From a virus: a stretch of 64,000 nucleotides of DNA. Below the pieces are notes generated by a model. It was not told the DNA's origin, ran no database searches, and saw only the letters and a list, made by a program, of their open reading frames with translations. Positions within the stretch are counted from its first letter, which is position 1, and each line of letters starts with the position of its first letter. Where the stretch lies: IMG/VR virus record IMGVR_UViG_3300010885_064671, one strand, 5' to 3'. Both the position numbers and the translations under genes were made by a program. This document shows positions 1-10,539 of this stretch, one piece after another.

Positions 1-48
1 GGTTATGAGCTATATAGTAACTAGAGTTAAACGAAATTATTTAAGATT

Positions 49-3031
49 TTATTCCAACCATTCAATATAATCTTGTTTACGAGAACCACTTAAGCATGAT
101 GTAAAGTTGGATAACGTTCTCTTAGCTAGACTAAGAGCTTGATCATCAGATAAAACATTAATCGGATCTATTTTACCAGCGTTCCTTGTCAAAACATCCC
201 TAGCGATAGAATATAGTGCACCAGATGTCCACGGGTTGTTTGTGTCTTTATCCCAATGATTAAATAAATATCTACTAGGAGGCATTTTTGCAGCCATCTG
301 TAAAGTCATTGGTATGATTGCATCTTGTGATGTATATGGAAATTCTATGGTATTTAATTGATTGCTAAAGAAATTTGGTCCTAAACCAAACTTAGATTTC
401 ATCATTAATATTTGATTAGCTGGGATTCTAGCCCAATCAGATATAAATTGAGATGATTCTGTTATTTTGCTAGGGGTAGGAGATTGTTCTACGCCATTAA
501 TAAAATCTGGACTTGGCATGTTGTTTGATAAAATTGATCTAACTTTTTTTTGTACCGCATCGTTGGGCATCGAAAACTTTGAAGAATCTAATTTTAATAA
601 TGATTTTATATCTAAAATAGTTTTTTTATTTTGGATGAATGCTTCCCAAGAATATTTTTTAGATGTTGGAAACGTTGTGGCGCCCACTTGACCAGAATCA
701 ATATACGGGGCTACCCAATTCAAAGAAGGTGAAACCCATCCGTTTTTTTGGTCAAAAGCTTTTAAATTTTGAGGGCGACATCTAATCTGTAGAAAACCCA
801 AATGACAAGAACCATTTGCCACGCCAATACCGATTTTATTATCCCCTAAATTTCCTTCTCTTTGAGCTATGGCCGTAAAAATAGCAGCTATAGCTGGGCT
901 AAAATTACCAAGCCTAGGATGGATAAGCATCATAAAAAATTCATCTTGCGTTAAAAATCCTCCAGGGCTATTTGACCCTCTGTAAGGTTCTGCTACTTGA
1001 AAAATTTTAGGAGAAAGACCATCTAGATTTTTTATAGTTGGGATTGAACGAACTGTTTGTGATTTAAAACTAGGTAACTTGACCATTACTTTTGAACCAC
1101 CACCTACTCCATCAATTGGCACTGTAACTGGTGCAGTTATACTTGGATCTGGAGTATAATGTTTTTTTAAATCTTTTATAAAAGTTACGTTCAATGGCCA
1201 ACCTGTAGTGACGCCTATGCCAAAGTCAGTGAGAAATTTAAATACTGTGGTACCAACCTTTGATGCCTTTTTAAGTAAATCTATTTGTATATCTATAGCT
1301 GTTTGAGAAATGTCTGAAGACACATAATTGTTTAATGCGTCTAAAGCAAGATCTGGTGATGATTCAATTAATATTTGCAAATGTTGAAGAAAATTATTTG
1401 ATTTACTATCCGTAACTATTGCAGGTATATATGTACTAATAATTGAGTAATTTGGTGTAGCGCCAGGAGGAATTACTTCGGTTGGAGGAAAAGAACGTAT
1501 AGGACGGACATGGTTCTTGTTAATTTTATTATTTATATTTGCAACACCATTCAAAAAATCTCTACTTGAAGCGTAGTCTGCATTACCTTCTGTAGAACTC
1601 CAATAAACTTCATTATAAAAACCGCCAATAGTTGTCCTGCTTATGTATAGTTGGTTTAATTCATTCTTTGATGGCAAAAACCAATCTGTTTTTCCACCAC
1701 CACGATATGAACGGCAATATGCTGCAGCACTTACTGCGTGCCTGGCTGCTATAGCTAATGTATTTTGGTATCCTCTGCCAATTTCTACTGCGGTAGTTCC
1801 AACACCAACAGCCCATTTTACGGTAGGACCATCATTACGCCAAGCTGCTTTTAAGTATGGAGATTTACTTCCATCATACCAATTTTTTGGCGCAACCTCA
1901 AAATATCTTCCAGTAGTATTACCTGGAGTTGATGGAGTAATAAAAATTCTTCCACCACCAGGACCAGTTTGACCAATATTATATGCAACTGGAAGAGAAA
2001 TAATTGCATCTGTAGTTTTTACTAGACGTATAGAATTTCCTGGACCTGTAGGAACAACTTTAGGGGTAACAGGAAACGGTAAAAGCGGTTGAAGGGGAAT
2101 GTATGTATTTGTATTTGTTTTTGGTTTAGGGGCAACAGTTTTACTTGTTGTTACCGTAGCGGGTTTTAAATTAACGCTTGCAGCTTTTGCCTTACCTAAA
2201 CCAAAGTAAATAATATGATATTTATCATTCGCAGTAGGGTTGTCCGTTACCCCCTTTTCCCCGCTCCAACCATAATCTTCGATATGGTCTATGAGCCACT
2301 GCATTGAATCCTGATTAGCTACCACTGTAGCAATTTTACCTGAGTGAATATCTAAAGCCAATCCCCAACCATGCTTACTGTTACCCGGTGTTGACTTTAC
2401 CGTTCCGTACAGATTTACTATAATACCATTTATTAGATTCTATACTCCCATCTTCAAAATAAAATTTTATATAACTGTTAGTTAAAAAATTATGTCCAGA
2501 AAGAGATTTATCGTGTTCTGCTTTTACTAGTGCATAAACAGCGGGATCTAATTTTTCATAAGGGGGTACTCCTCTAAATTCTCCATCCACAATCAACGGT
2601 TCATTAAGACCTGTGTTTTGTAATTTGGTTCGAGAATATATAGAGCTTGCTGGAAGAGCATAAAAGTTATTCCTAAAAGTATCAGAATTTTCTCTAAAAA
2701 ATATACTTTTATCATTTTGTTTATTTACACTTGCAAGAAACGCTGCTGGGTTGGTAGAGTAAGCCTGTAAAAATGAAGCTTTTCTTACCTGGCCGTCTGC
2801 ATAACCTCCGCCAAATGACGCAACTAGATTGATAGCGAATAGGTTTTGAAAGTCTTTCTGCAGCTTTAGAAATTGGTCTCCAGCTTCTTTATTTAACTTT
2901 ATTGCTGGTTCTCCTTCTAATGCAATTTTTTTATAAGAAACAAGACTTTTGTCGTTTGGATAACCATTTTTACCCATATTTGTTGGAGGTGCAAAACTAT
3001 TAGCAGGAAGATTTAAAAAAGACTTAGTCAT
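49..3031 (-). CDS. Large virion-associated peptidoglycan hydrolase (VanY/M15-type Zn-peptidase module + DUF1566-like domain + SLT-like lytic transglycosylase). ORFs 2381..3031 and 49..2361 are joined by a +1 shift at CGG 2407..2405.
   Basis: The upstream ORF ends ...SKSV-R(CGG)-NGKVNTG*. Skipping the C gives V-G-TVKSTPGNSKHGWGLALDIHSGKIATVV, in frame with ORF 49..2361, whose TTG 'start' is an artefact. Motifs: SKHGWGLALD (SxHxxGxAxD), YGW...KYHIIY, DWFLPSKNELNQLY...YWSSTE...VRPIRSF (DUF1566-like), AIAQREGN...GFLQI (SLT-like). Confidence 0.7.
2405..2407 (-). other. Candidate +1 recoding site (in-frame CGG; GTA CGG AAC read as GTA c GGA ACG)
   Basis: The 0 frame stops 7 codons later. The +1 frame continues for about 785 codons through a conserved M15 motif. 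Confidence 0.65.
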
Positions 3032-6000
3032 TTTGCTTTATACACTCCTTTTATGCCATCTAAACTAAAACCTATTGGAGAAATAAAATTAGCAGAAGCT
3101 TTTCTTTCAGCAACATTTGATTTTTCTGATTCTGGACCAGAATATTTAACGAAGTTTTTTACAGCATCAATGTTGGTATAGTCAGTCGGAACAAATATAT
3201 TCCCTAAAGGATATGTCCTTCTTAAAGTTTTATTCCAAACTAAACCAGACCACCAAATTCCATTTATTATAAAAGTATTAATATTGTCAAAAGTTCTTGC
3301 CTGGATTATGTTTAAAGTTGCGCTAGCAATTAAAAACCATTCTAAACCATTCCACATATAAATTCTATCTGTATCAGTTTCATATATAGTATCTGAAAAA
3401 GCTGGACTTATAGGACGTGAAGTAGACAAACATTGAGAAGTAACCACATACTCTTGTTGCTGCAAAAGTGATAAAGATACCCTAAATTGAAAAAGATCTC
3501 CAGGTCTCCATATTAAATTATTTCTTAACGACATGCCAGGACCGTGATCTGTAACCCTAGCCTCGCATGGAGCTTGCCTATATCTATCTACTGCTGAATC
3601 TGGTAATGTTTTTATCCCACCATAAATTGAGAAAAAGCATATCGATGGCGACTCTGGATCACCAATACATTTGGATGCGTTTCTTTCTAAACCAATCCTA
3701 CCTATATTCTTTATGACACCAGCATCATCAAGCATGTTGAACTGTAATGCCCAAGATGTATTCGGAGCAAATCTGGTTACTGTCATACTTTGATTAATTG
3801 CATTAAATTTAGTTCCAGAAAAAACATCTTCCCTTCTCCAAATACCATCATTAGATTGTAGGGTTTTTTCATTTTCTACTGGATCAACTATAATAATATC
3901 CCCATTGCCGGGATCTATAACTGTTTCATTTGGTGGAGTAACAACTGGCACCTCAGGCACTACTGGTTTTATTGGTGAAATTGGAGTGCCCGGTTTTGGT
4001 TTGGGTTTAGGTTTTACTGGAGGGACAACAGGTACGACCACTGGGGGCACAACAGGTGGGGCCACTGTAGGTGGGACTACTGGAATAACAATAGTCGGAT
4101 CTGTAATTGTAATAAACAATATTTGATTTGCATTATTACCAAAATTACCAGGCCAAGATTTTCCTAACTTTGTCTTTAATATATTTGCTGCAATTATAAC
4201 ACTTATCTCAGTATCATAAGGCATAACGTTTTTGGGGGCAATAGATATTGTATTAACATCAGGGAAAGATACCTCAGAACTTGTGACATCAATTCTAGCT
4301 AAAGCTTTTGTAGTATTCTTTTTGAAAAAATTAATTGTCCCCCTATTTACTTGCATGGGTTGATCAAATTTTAACGTTACTCTAACATCAATGTTCACTT
4401 TATTCGGATCAGAATCTGCGCTGAAAGAAGTCACTTCATAGGATAAAAGTTTTGGTTCAGGTATAGATGGAACTGGAGGAGCAAATTGAGGTCCATCTCT
4501 TTGATCTGGATAAGTAATCTTTGGTGTTGGTGCAACCTTAACCGGAATTGTCGTAGAAGGAGAAACAGTTGTCGTCGTCGTAGGTATTCGGGGTGGAGAA
4601 ATTGTAGTGGAAGTTGTAGTGCCATTAGATAGAACTGTTGTAGTAGTCACAGCTGAGTTAGGAAGTGTTGTGGTGGTAGTGGTAACTACTGTCGATGGAG
4701 GAGCATATTTTGGAGCATCCCTTTGATCTGGAGATCTTATATATGGTGGGTTGTAGCTTGTGATGGTAGTGCTAGTCGAACCGTTAGGCAGTACAGTTGT
4801 GCTGGTAGTGGATGTGGTAGAACCGTTTGGTAATACTGTTGTAGCAGTAGTGGTTGTACTTGGTATTGTTGTTGTCGGAGCTGGTATAGTGGTAGTTGGC
4901 GGAACATATACTGTACCACTCGGAATTGCCCCGATTAGAGCATCAACGATATTGTTGTAATTAGAAGGGTGCACGTCATCTCCAGGAGCGTCAAAACCAC
5001 CCATATATGTATAGCCATACTCTTGGCATTTATCTGATATTTGTTTATTAATTTTCTTATTTGGATACTTAGCGTCAAGTTGATTAGACATTCCATAAAC
5101 AAATACTGTTGAATTATATTTTTTTAATATATCGAATTGCCCTTTAATATAATTCATTATAAGTGAAACACTATTATCAGCTGAATTAGATGCTCCAGTT
5201 GACAACCAAACTATTCTATTTTTAGCCAAATTTTTCTTATCTAAATAATCCATGCAACCAGCTATTCTCGTGGATACACGTAGCGTACTTTCTCCCAATA
5301 ACTGGAATAACCCATCCCAACCTTTATCTGATTCTTTTACCGAATATGGATTTGGTACTATTTCTCCTGTATTTGTTCCTGGATTTAAAACATCATATCT
5401 ATCTGATATACCCAATGCTATGCTGTCTCCTATAATTAATGGAATTTTATTTAGTAATGTTATAGTTGCTGCTGGTAATATCGTAGTTGTAGTTGGATCA
5501 TAGCGATCTGCTGGTTTAAAATTAGATGGAATAACTTTAGGTTTAACAATTGTAGTAGAAGATTTGGGGATGGTTGTTGTAGAAGTTTTGGGGATCGTAG
5601 TCGTAGAGGTTTTGGGAACGGTTGTCGGAGGGGTAGTTGTTGTAGAGGGTCTAGGGATAGTTACGGGAGGCATAGTTGTTGTAGAAGTTTTAGGAATGGT
5701 TGTAGTGGTAGTGGGAGCTCTAGGGACAGTACTAGGAGTTACAACAGTAGATTTAGGTACCACCAAAGGCCTGGAACCAAAACGTCTATCTATTTCTTTT
5801 TTGCCAGCAAGGTCGTTAGATAATATCCTTCCGTTACCATCATAAGTTTTTGGTGTGCCTGTCACACCTGCTAAAGAATTTAAATAACCATTCTGTAATG
5901 GGCCTTCAATTGTGGCAAAAAAATCAGCTAACTTGTCAATCGCCGCTATAAGAGGGGCCCCGCTTAGTATATTACCAGTGTTAACGGTTGAGCCAGTTCC

Positions 6001-7887
6001 CAGCAATAAAAGTGTATTAAAAGGAGTTATTACTTTTTCGCCGACTTTAAGATTAACAGTTTTTGTTTTACCAACAATTTTTCTCCAATTAGATGGGCTT
6101 CCATTATCTGGAGTAGGTTCATTGTTGGGCCAGTTTTTAACTGCGGTCGGGAATACCTCCGATAAAAGCTTAAGTTTATCTGCTGTAGGAGCGCTTCCTG
6201 ACTTATTGATAGTCCAATAATTATTTTGTATATTTACATTGCCAGCTAAAACTAGATTAAGAAAATATTCATTATATGCTGGGGCATAATCAAGCCCATA
6301 CCTCATGATATTTTCCATTTCTGTTAATCTGCTAGTTTTAACATTTTTCAAAACATAATTGTATTTTGCTCCTTCAAATAAAGTTATTTTATTTAACATC
6401 GGAATAAAAATATTTTTTATATCCTCTTCCAACTCAGGCAGATAGTATATAACACTAGGAACACTAGGAGCTAATCCCATAACATAACCACCTGTGGGTT
6501 TCTCAAACCAACTTAAACTAGCTTCGTTAAAGCTAGTGCTACATTCTGAGTAGCGCCCTTTCCTATTTAATTCTGTGGTGTGTCTAAAATTTTTCCAATA
6601 TTGTGTATTACTTCCGGGTATCCCCCTATCTGAGCTATAAACCAAATTATCTTCAGCGACATAAAACTTATCATATATCTGCGAGTACAAGCTAGTTGAT
6701 GCGGTTAGTGCATCTGTTTCGAAAATTTCGGGACGCAAAACCCCCCTATCAAGAAGCAAAGCCCCCGTATCTTGGAACTGGGGCAATAGCATTTCATAAT
6801 AGTTAGTTTTCATTTTTATTGTAGGATTATTTATCCCCAAATAATTTAATGTCGAACGTACTGAACTGGCAAAACGTGATACAGTAGTGGAATTAACAAC
6901 TAAAGTATTAAACTTGTTAACTGGAATTGATTCATTAACATTGCTAGACCTTTGAATCGTTTGAGTTGTTTTAGTAGTTTGTGTTGTCTGAGTTGTTGGC
7001 AAAGGTTTTGAAGATACCCATATACCACCATTCGGGTGCCCTGAAATAACTTTCCAAGTACTGATCTGTCCTAGGGGAACAGATACAACTACATTGCCAG
7101 CAAAAGCACTATACTGAGGCGCCGTAAGTTCTCCGGTAATCGGCATAAAGTCTTGAATTAATGTTCTTGTTTTATCCTTATATTTTAATGGCTTTGTATC
7201 AGCAGCATAATATATTAATGTATCTTTAAAAATAGGATCAGAAGCTGGTATGTCTGAACACCAACTCCAACCATACTTTGCCCCATTATTTATGATATAT
7301 TGTGTAACTTTTTCGTTATTATTTTTAAGTTTAATACTAAATCCTGTACCAACTGGGCTAAATCCAGGATAAGTATTGAGTTCCGTTAAGGTAATTGGAT
7401 ACCATTTATTGCCGGCCCAAGTTCTTCCATTTTTAACTTCTGGAATAGACGAAGCCTTAGAAACTTTTGTCGGAGTTCTACTATTTAATTTTTTAAAATC
7501 TGTTTCTTGTACAGAGAGTTTTTTGTAAAACGATGAATAACTTATAGAAATGCCTTTTGACTTGGCATCTGCAATCATGTCTTCTAAACACCATAGGGCG
7601 GCAACGTGTAAAGCTATACCTGATTTATGAAACAATTTTTCGGGTAGGACTCCATTAAAAACACCCATATATTTTTCTTGGGTGGTATACATATACTGCG
7701 CCAATTCCCCAAAATAAAGAGCTCTTAGACTTCCATCTAATACCCACTGGTTATAAGAATTGCTCGATGTGGAGGCCGGCACTGGAAAATTTATCCAATT
7801 GTCAGCTAACGGCTGTCCAACTGAACACTGTTTATTAACTATAGAGTTCTGCGGAAGTTGCGAAGCTGAAAAGACTTTTACGCCCAT
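3028..7887 (-). CDS. Giant (1619 aa) multidomain cell-envelope-active structural protein: N-terminal VanY-like module with degenerate metal ligands, SGNH/GDSL esterase, Ig-like region and a C-terminal globular domain, separated by Thr/Pro-rich linkers
   Basis: Uninterrupted 4.86 kb ORF with an ATG start and a 4-nt overlap with the downstream gene. SGNH blocks: IIGDSIALG, WLSTGASNS, GDDVHPSNY. VanY-like region: AKSKGISISYSSFYKKLSVQ ... YPGFSPVGTGFSIKL ... AKYGWSW, with His/Asp ligands replaced. Poly-T/P linkers are present. Confidence 0.75.
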   Translation of the reverse strand: MGVKVFSASQLPQNSIVNKQCSVGQPLADNWINFPVPASTSSNSYNQWVLDGSLRALYFGELAQYMYTTQEKYMGVFNGVLPEKLFHKSGIALHVAALWCLEDMIADAKSKGISISYSSFYKKLSVQETDFKKLNSRTPTKVSKASSIPEVKNGRTWAGNKWYPITLTELNTYPGFSPVGTGFSIKLKNNNEKVTQYIINNGAKYGWSWCSDIPASDPIFKDTLIYYAADTKPLKYKDKTRTLIQDFMPITGELTAPQYSAFAGNVVVSVPLGQISTWKVISGHPNGGIWVSSKPLPTTQTTQTTKTTQTIQRSSNVNESIPVNKFNTLVVNSTTVSRFASSVRSTLNYLGINNPTIKMKTNYYEMLLPQFQDTGALLLDRGVLRPEIFETDALTASTSLYSQIYDKFYVAEDNLVYSSDRGIPGSNTQYWKNFRHTTELNRKGRYSECSTSFNEASLSWFEKPTGGYVMGLAPSVPSVIYYLPELEEDIKNIFIPMLNKITLFEGAKYNYVLKNVKTSRLTEMENIMRYGLDYAPAYNEYFLNLVLAGNVNIQNNYWTINKSGSAPTADKLKLLSEVFPTAVKNWPNNEPTPDNGSPSNWRKIVGKTKTVNLKVGEKVITPFNTLLLLGTGSTVNTGNILSGAPLIAAIDKLADFFATIEGPLQNGYLNSLAGVTGTPKTYDGNGRILSNDLAGKKEIDRRFGSRPLVVPKSTVVTPSTVPRAPTTTTTIPKTSTTTMPPVTIPRPSTTTTPPTTVPKTSTTTIPKTSTTTIPKSSTTIVKPKVIPSNFKPADRYDPTTTTILPAATITLLNKIPLIIGDSIALGISDRYDVLNPGTNTGEIVPNPYSVKESDKGWDGLFQLLGESTLRVSTRIAGCMDYLDKKNLAKNRIVWLSTGASNSADNSVSLIMNYIKGQFDILKKYNSTVFVYGMSNQLDAKYPNKKINKQISDKCQEYGYTYMGGFDAPGDDVHPSNYNNIVDALIGAIPSGTVYVPPTTTIPAPTTTIPSTTTTATTVLPNGSTTSTTSTTVLPNGSTSTTITSYNPPYIRSPDQRDAPKYAPPSTVVTTTTTTLPNSAVTTTTVLSNGTTTSTTISPPRIPTTTTTVSPSTTIPVKVAPTPKITYPDQRDGPQFAPPVPSIPEPKLLSYEVTSFSADSDPNKVNIDVRVTLKFDQPMQVNRGTINFFKKNTTKALARIDVTSSEVSFPDVNTISIAPKNVMPYDTEISVIIAANILKTKLGKSWPGNFGNNANQILFITITDPTIVIPVVPPTVAPPVVPPVVVPVVPPVKPKPKPKPGTPISPIKPVVPEVPVVTPPNETVIDPGNGDIIIVDPVENEKTLQSNDGIWRREDVFSGTKFNAINQSMTVTRFAPNTSWALQFNMLDDAGVIKNIGRIGLERNASKCIGDPESPSICFFSIYGGIKTLPDSAVDRYRQAPCEARVTDHGPGMSLRNNLIWRPGDLFQFRVSLSLLQQQEYVVTSQCLSTSRPISPAFSDTIYETDTDRIYMWNGLEWFLIASATLNIIQARTFDNINTFIINGIWWSGLVWNKTLRRTYPLGNIFVPTDYTNIDAVKNFVKYSGPESEKSNVAERKASANFISPIGFSLDGIKGVYKAK
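3945..4100 (-). repeat. Pro/Val/Lys-rich low-complexity linker (VPPTVAPPVVPPVVVPVVPPVKPKPKPKPG...)
   Basis: Short GGN/ACN-rich periodic DNA. It generates the antisense artefact ORF 3905..4126. Confidence 0.7.
4455..4915 (-). repeat. Thr-rich linker with imperfect tandem duplications (TTVLPNGSTTSTTS x2; PDQRD[AG]P[KQ][YF]APP x2)
   Basis: Duplicated blocks such as gtcgaaccgttaggcagtacagt / gtagaaccgtttggtaatactgt. It spawns several alternative-frame artefact ORFs. Coordinates are approximate. Confidence 0.7.
5548..5762 (-). repeat. Thr/Pro-rich tandem-repeat linker (T[IV]PK[TS]STT units)
   Basis: Repeated gttgtagaagttttgggga-type units encoding TTVPKTSTTTIPKTSTTTIPKSSTT. Coordinates are approximate. 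Confidence 0.7.
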
Positions 7888-7947
7888 AAAAAATAAACCT
7901 TAATTTAATAGTTTGGCTACAATAATAGTAACCCAACTGCATGAAGG

Positions 7948-8688
7948 TTATCTAAAATTTCTGTATACCCACTCTGGATAAGAACTATCTATCTCATAAT
8001 ACTTTAGCGGGAACCTATCAAAGGGATCTATCCCATTCTCAACCCTATATAAGATGGCTTCACTATTTTTGTATTCATCTGAATTGTATTCAGTGTGTGC
8101 AAAAGATTCTATTTTATTCTTTATCTTCTCTACTTCTCCAAAAAAGGAAAAATGCCACCCTGCGTCGGGCACTAACGGTAAAGTATTAGCCCTTAAATCT
8201 TGGGCACAACTTACATCCAGATCCTTTTTGCGGGCGATAATAGGTCTAGCTCCCTGGTTGCAATGAGCTGGCACCTGCCAATGAAAATTCCAAAAATACT
8301 GTTTTACATCTAATCTGGTTGCAGTATCAAGTGAAGTTATATCTTTGATAACTCTTGCACTAACTATCTCATCGGCATCAGAAATTATAATAAAATCTTC
8401 AGAATCTGCTAGAGTTAACCCTTCGGCTATTGCATTACGCTGATAATATTCTTTTAGCCAACTGCTATTTGCTTCGGCCGGGAAATCTATTTTTACTCTA
8501 ATAATTTTTCTTTTCCATTTATCAATCCAGTTAGGAAGATTATCAAAATAGAAAGGCTTAGGAGCTCCAGTAAAAGTTTGCGATGCCTCTACTACGACAA
8601 AGTAATCAACAGCATCGCCCAACTCTTCCAATCTAATCTCAAGCATTTCCTGCTCATTAAAGTATGTAAAGCAATCAAATATTTTCAT
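7948..8688 (-). CDS. Glycosyltransferase, family 17-like
   Basis: MKIFDCFTYFNEQEMLEIRLEELGDAVDYFVVVEASQTFTGAPKP resembles the GT17 N-terminal signature. I chose the start at MKIF (8688) because the track's 8751 start overlaps the upstream gene by 77 nt. Confidence 0.65.
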   Translation of the reverse strand: MKIFDCFTYFNEQEMLEIRLEELGDAVDYFVVVEASQTFTGAPKPFYFDNLPNWIDKWKRKIIRVKIDFPAEANSSWLKEYYQRNAIAEGLTLADSEDFIIISDADEIVSARVIKDITSLDTATRLDVKQYFWNFHWQVPAHCNQGARPIIARKKDLDVSCAQDLRANTLPLVPDAGWHFSFFGEVEKIKNKIESFAHTEYNSDEYKNSEAILYRVENGIDPFDRFPLKYYEIDSSYPEWVYRNFR

Positions 8689-9133
8689 AAACACTAACAT
8701 CTTGCTGATTAAACATTGAGTATCTTTTGATCTCAGTTTCGACTTGTGCATTAATAGTTAAATGTTTTCCAAGATCATCTGCCCAAATACCTGGGTTTAC
8801 TATCATTGCAAAACCACCAGGCTTCAAAAAGTTTTTAACCTGCCTAGCCGACATATCAGTATCACCATTCAAAAGTTCTGGATCATAATCAAAAGAAATA
8901 AACAAGTCACAAACTGATTCACCAAAATACATACCGTCGACACCAGCCTCCCAGTACTTACACCAGTCATTAGACAAATATTTTTCTCTTTCAGTATGCA
9001 ACATAAATGCACCGATACCATGTTCTGGCATATGCAAAATATCTATCAGTTCTTTATTGCGGCCGTAAAGAGTGGTGAATATTCTTTGTGGGAATATATC
9101 TCTAATTATATGTGCTACATAATCCCAGTTCAT
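8675..9133 (-). CDS. Hypothetical protein (possible methyltransferase-fold remnant: FLKPGGFAMIVNP)
   Basis: 152-aa ORF with an ATG start, packed between GT and MTase genes. No clear SAM motif I. Confidence 0.5.
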   Translation of the reverse strand: MNWDYVAHIIRDIFPQRIFTTLYGRNKELIDILHMPEHGIGAFMLHTEREKYLSNDWCKYWEAGVDGMYFGESVCDLFISFDYDPELLNGDTDMSARQVKNFLKPGGFAMIVNPGIWADDLGKHLTINAQVETEIKRYSMFNQQDVSVYENI

Positions 9134-9141
9134 GATATATA

Positions 9142-9681
9142 TTATACCATGGGTTTACGAGCGTCCACCTTAAGCCAGCCCCATTCATCTCCACGCTTAA
9201 CATCTAATATTTCAAAACCCATTCTTTCAAAATCATCTTGTAGCATTCGGTGTGTCAAGCCCACGAAGTGAAAGTCAAAAGGGTTTAGTTGTTCCGCAAA
9301 AAAGATTTGCTGCATGCGACGATCACCGTCAAGTGAATCCCAGTTTAATATTTGGTTGCAGGCTAACAAGAAGTCTGGAACTTCAATTCTAATCATCCCA
9401 CCAGGCTTAACGATTCTACACCATTCAGCTAAAACAGCTTGGTATTCTTTCCATGGAAAGTGTTCAAGACATTCGGAGTTATATACTATGTCTGCAAAAT
9501 CATCTGGAAGATTAATCTTTCTAGCGTCGCAAACAACATCAACTGGGACATAAGTTTTATTAGCATTATCATATAATGGCGTTGGATCTATATCAATATG
9601 AATCCAATCTGGACCAAGATATGTTCTAGTGCCAATTACAACTTTTGTGCCTGCGCCTTGTGGGATAGTTTCTAATCTCAT
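9142..9681 (-). CDS. Class I SAM-dependent methyltransferase (Methyltransf_11-like)
   Basis: DDFADIVYNSECLEHFPWKEYQAVLAEWCRIVKPGGMIRIEVPD matches the typical post-motif-II/III region. Confidence 0.65.
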   Translation of the reverse strand: MRLETIPQGAGTKVVIGTRTYLGPDWIHIDIDPTPLYDNANKTYVPVDVVCDARKINLPDDFADIVYNSECLEHFPWKEYQAVLAEWCRIVKPGGMIRIEVPDFLLACNQILNWDSLDGDRRMQQIFFAEQLNPFDFHFVGLTHRMLQDDFERMGFEILDVKRGDEWGWLKVDARKPMV

Positions 9682-10539
9682 TTAAATTATTCTTCCTTTA
9701 TAAAAATCTTTATATCTTGGAACTTTTATTAGATCATATTCTCTACCCTCTAAAACTACAACCTCTGGATTAGCATTTAGATCAGGCATTCTTATCTTCC
9801 AGTACTCCTCAAGATACAGCGCATTGCATGGCCAATCTTCAAATCTTAGAACATTAGTGCTATGGTAATTCATTCCTTTACCACAGAAGTACGGCACCCA
9901 CTTGTTCATCCATTCAACAACACCACGGCCTATTCTGGCATGAGCCTCAGGGTCCGTTGTCTGCTTAGCAAGGTGATGGACCGCCACTTCTTTAGCTACG
10001 CCCATCTTCCAGCCGGCAAGACGCATTCTAGTTTGATAGTCGACTTCATTTTGATGACCAATCTCTTGATCAAAATACCCTACGTCAGCCATAGCTAATT
10101 TTTTCAACATCCAGAAACAACCGGTGCCCCATAGACACTCTGTATATTTGTCTCTTTTTATTTCATAAGAATTATAACCACCACTAAAAACCATTCCTAG
10201 CTCTAAGTTCCTAGCAAGGTATCCCCACATAATCTCATCCCAGCCCTTAGTGTGAACAGTAGCATCATTATCTGAATAGGCAACATATTCTGTTTCTGCC
10301 CATTCCAATATTTTATTAACTGCACCAGAATACTTTATGTTTACATCTAAATGCATTGGGATAATTCTAGAATCTTTTGCAGCATAAAAATCTAAAAGTT
10401 CTCTAACCCTAGGATCTTCCGAAGCATTATTAACAAGGAGAAGTCTCCACTCTGACGTGGAATTTTGTGCAATATTTTCTACTGCTGCTTGGATTCCTTC
10501 AGGGTTATTATAACATGATATGCCTATATCTAATCTCAT
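9682..10539 (-). CDS. Glycosyltransferase family 2
   Basis: LDIGISCYNNPEGIQAAVENI...LLLVNNASEDPRVRELL and YSDNDA (DxD-like). Confidence 0.75.
   Translation of the reverse strand: MRLDIGISCYNNPEGIQAAVENIAQNSTSEWRLLLVNNASEDPRVRELLDFYAAKDSRIIPMHLDVNIKYSGAVNKILEWAETEYVAYSDNDATVHTKGWDEIMWGYLARNLELGMVFSGGYNSYEIKRDKYTECLWGTGCFWMLKKLAMADVGYFDQEIGHQNEVDYQTRMRLAGWKMGVAKEVAVHHLAKQTTDPEAHARIGRGVVEWMNKWVPYFCGKGMNYHSTNVLRFEDWPCNALYLEEYWKIRMPDLNANPEVVVLEGREYDLIKVPRYKDFYKGRII

Noticed and set aside
3905-6220. Plus-strand ORFs inside the 1619-aa gene (3905..4126, 4760..4960, 5252..5503, 5564..5845, 5912..6220) and same-strand alternative-frame ORFs (4431..4625, 4737..4919)
   Set aside because: They lie antisense to, or out of frame with, a long uninterrupted gene. 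Their translations are low-complexity G/V/T or Q/L strings produced by the Thr/Pro-repeat DNA. They have no RBS.
7948-8751. N-terminally extended starts given by the ORF track (8751, 16530, 29661, 46788, 60702, and the TTG/GTG 'starts' at 2361, 13277, 18200, 18477, 20257, 57567 and 62731)
   Set aside because: The extensions overlap the upstream gene by tens of nucleotides or begin at non-ATG codons. Internal ATGs give the 4-8-nt overlaps that are typical in this window. The second group are continuation points of frameshifted genes, not starts.
8675-9133. The 77-nt overlap between ORFs 8675..9133 and 7948..8751 as another frameshift fusion
   Set aside because: There is no CGG in the overlap. 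The downstream GT17-like domain begins cleanly at an internal ATG (MKIFDCF…), so these are two separate genes.
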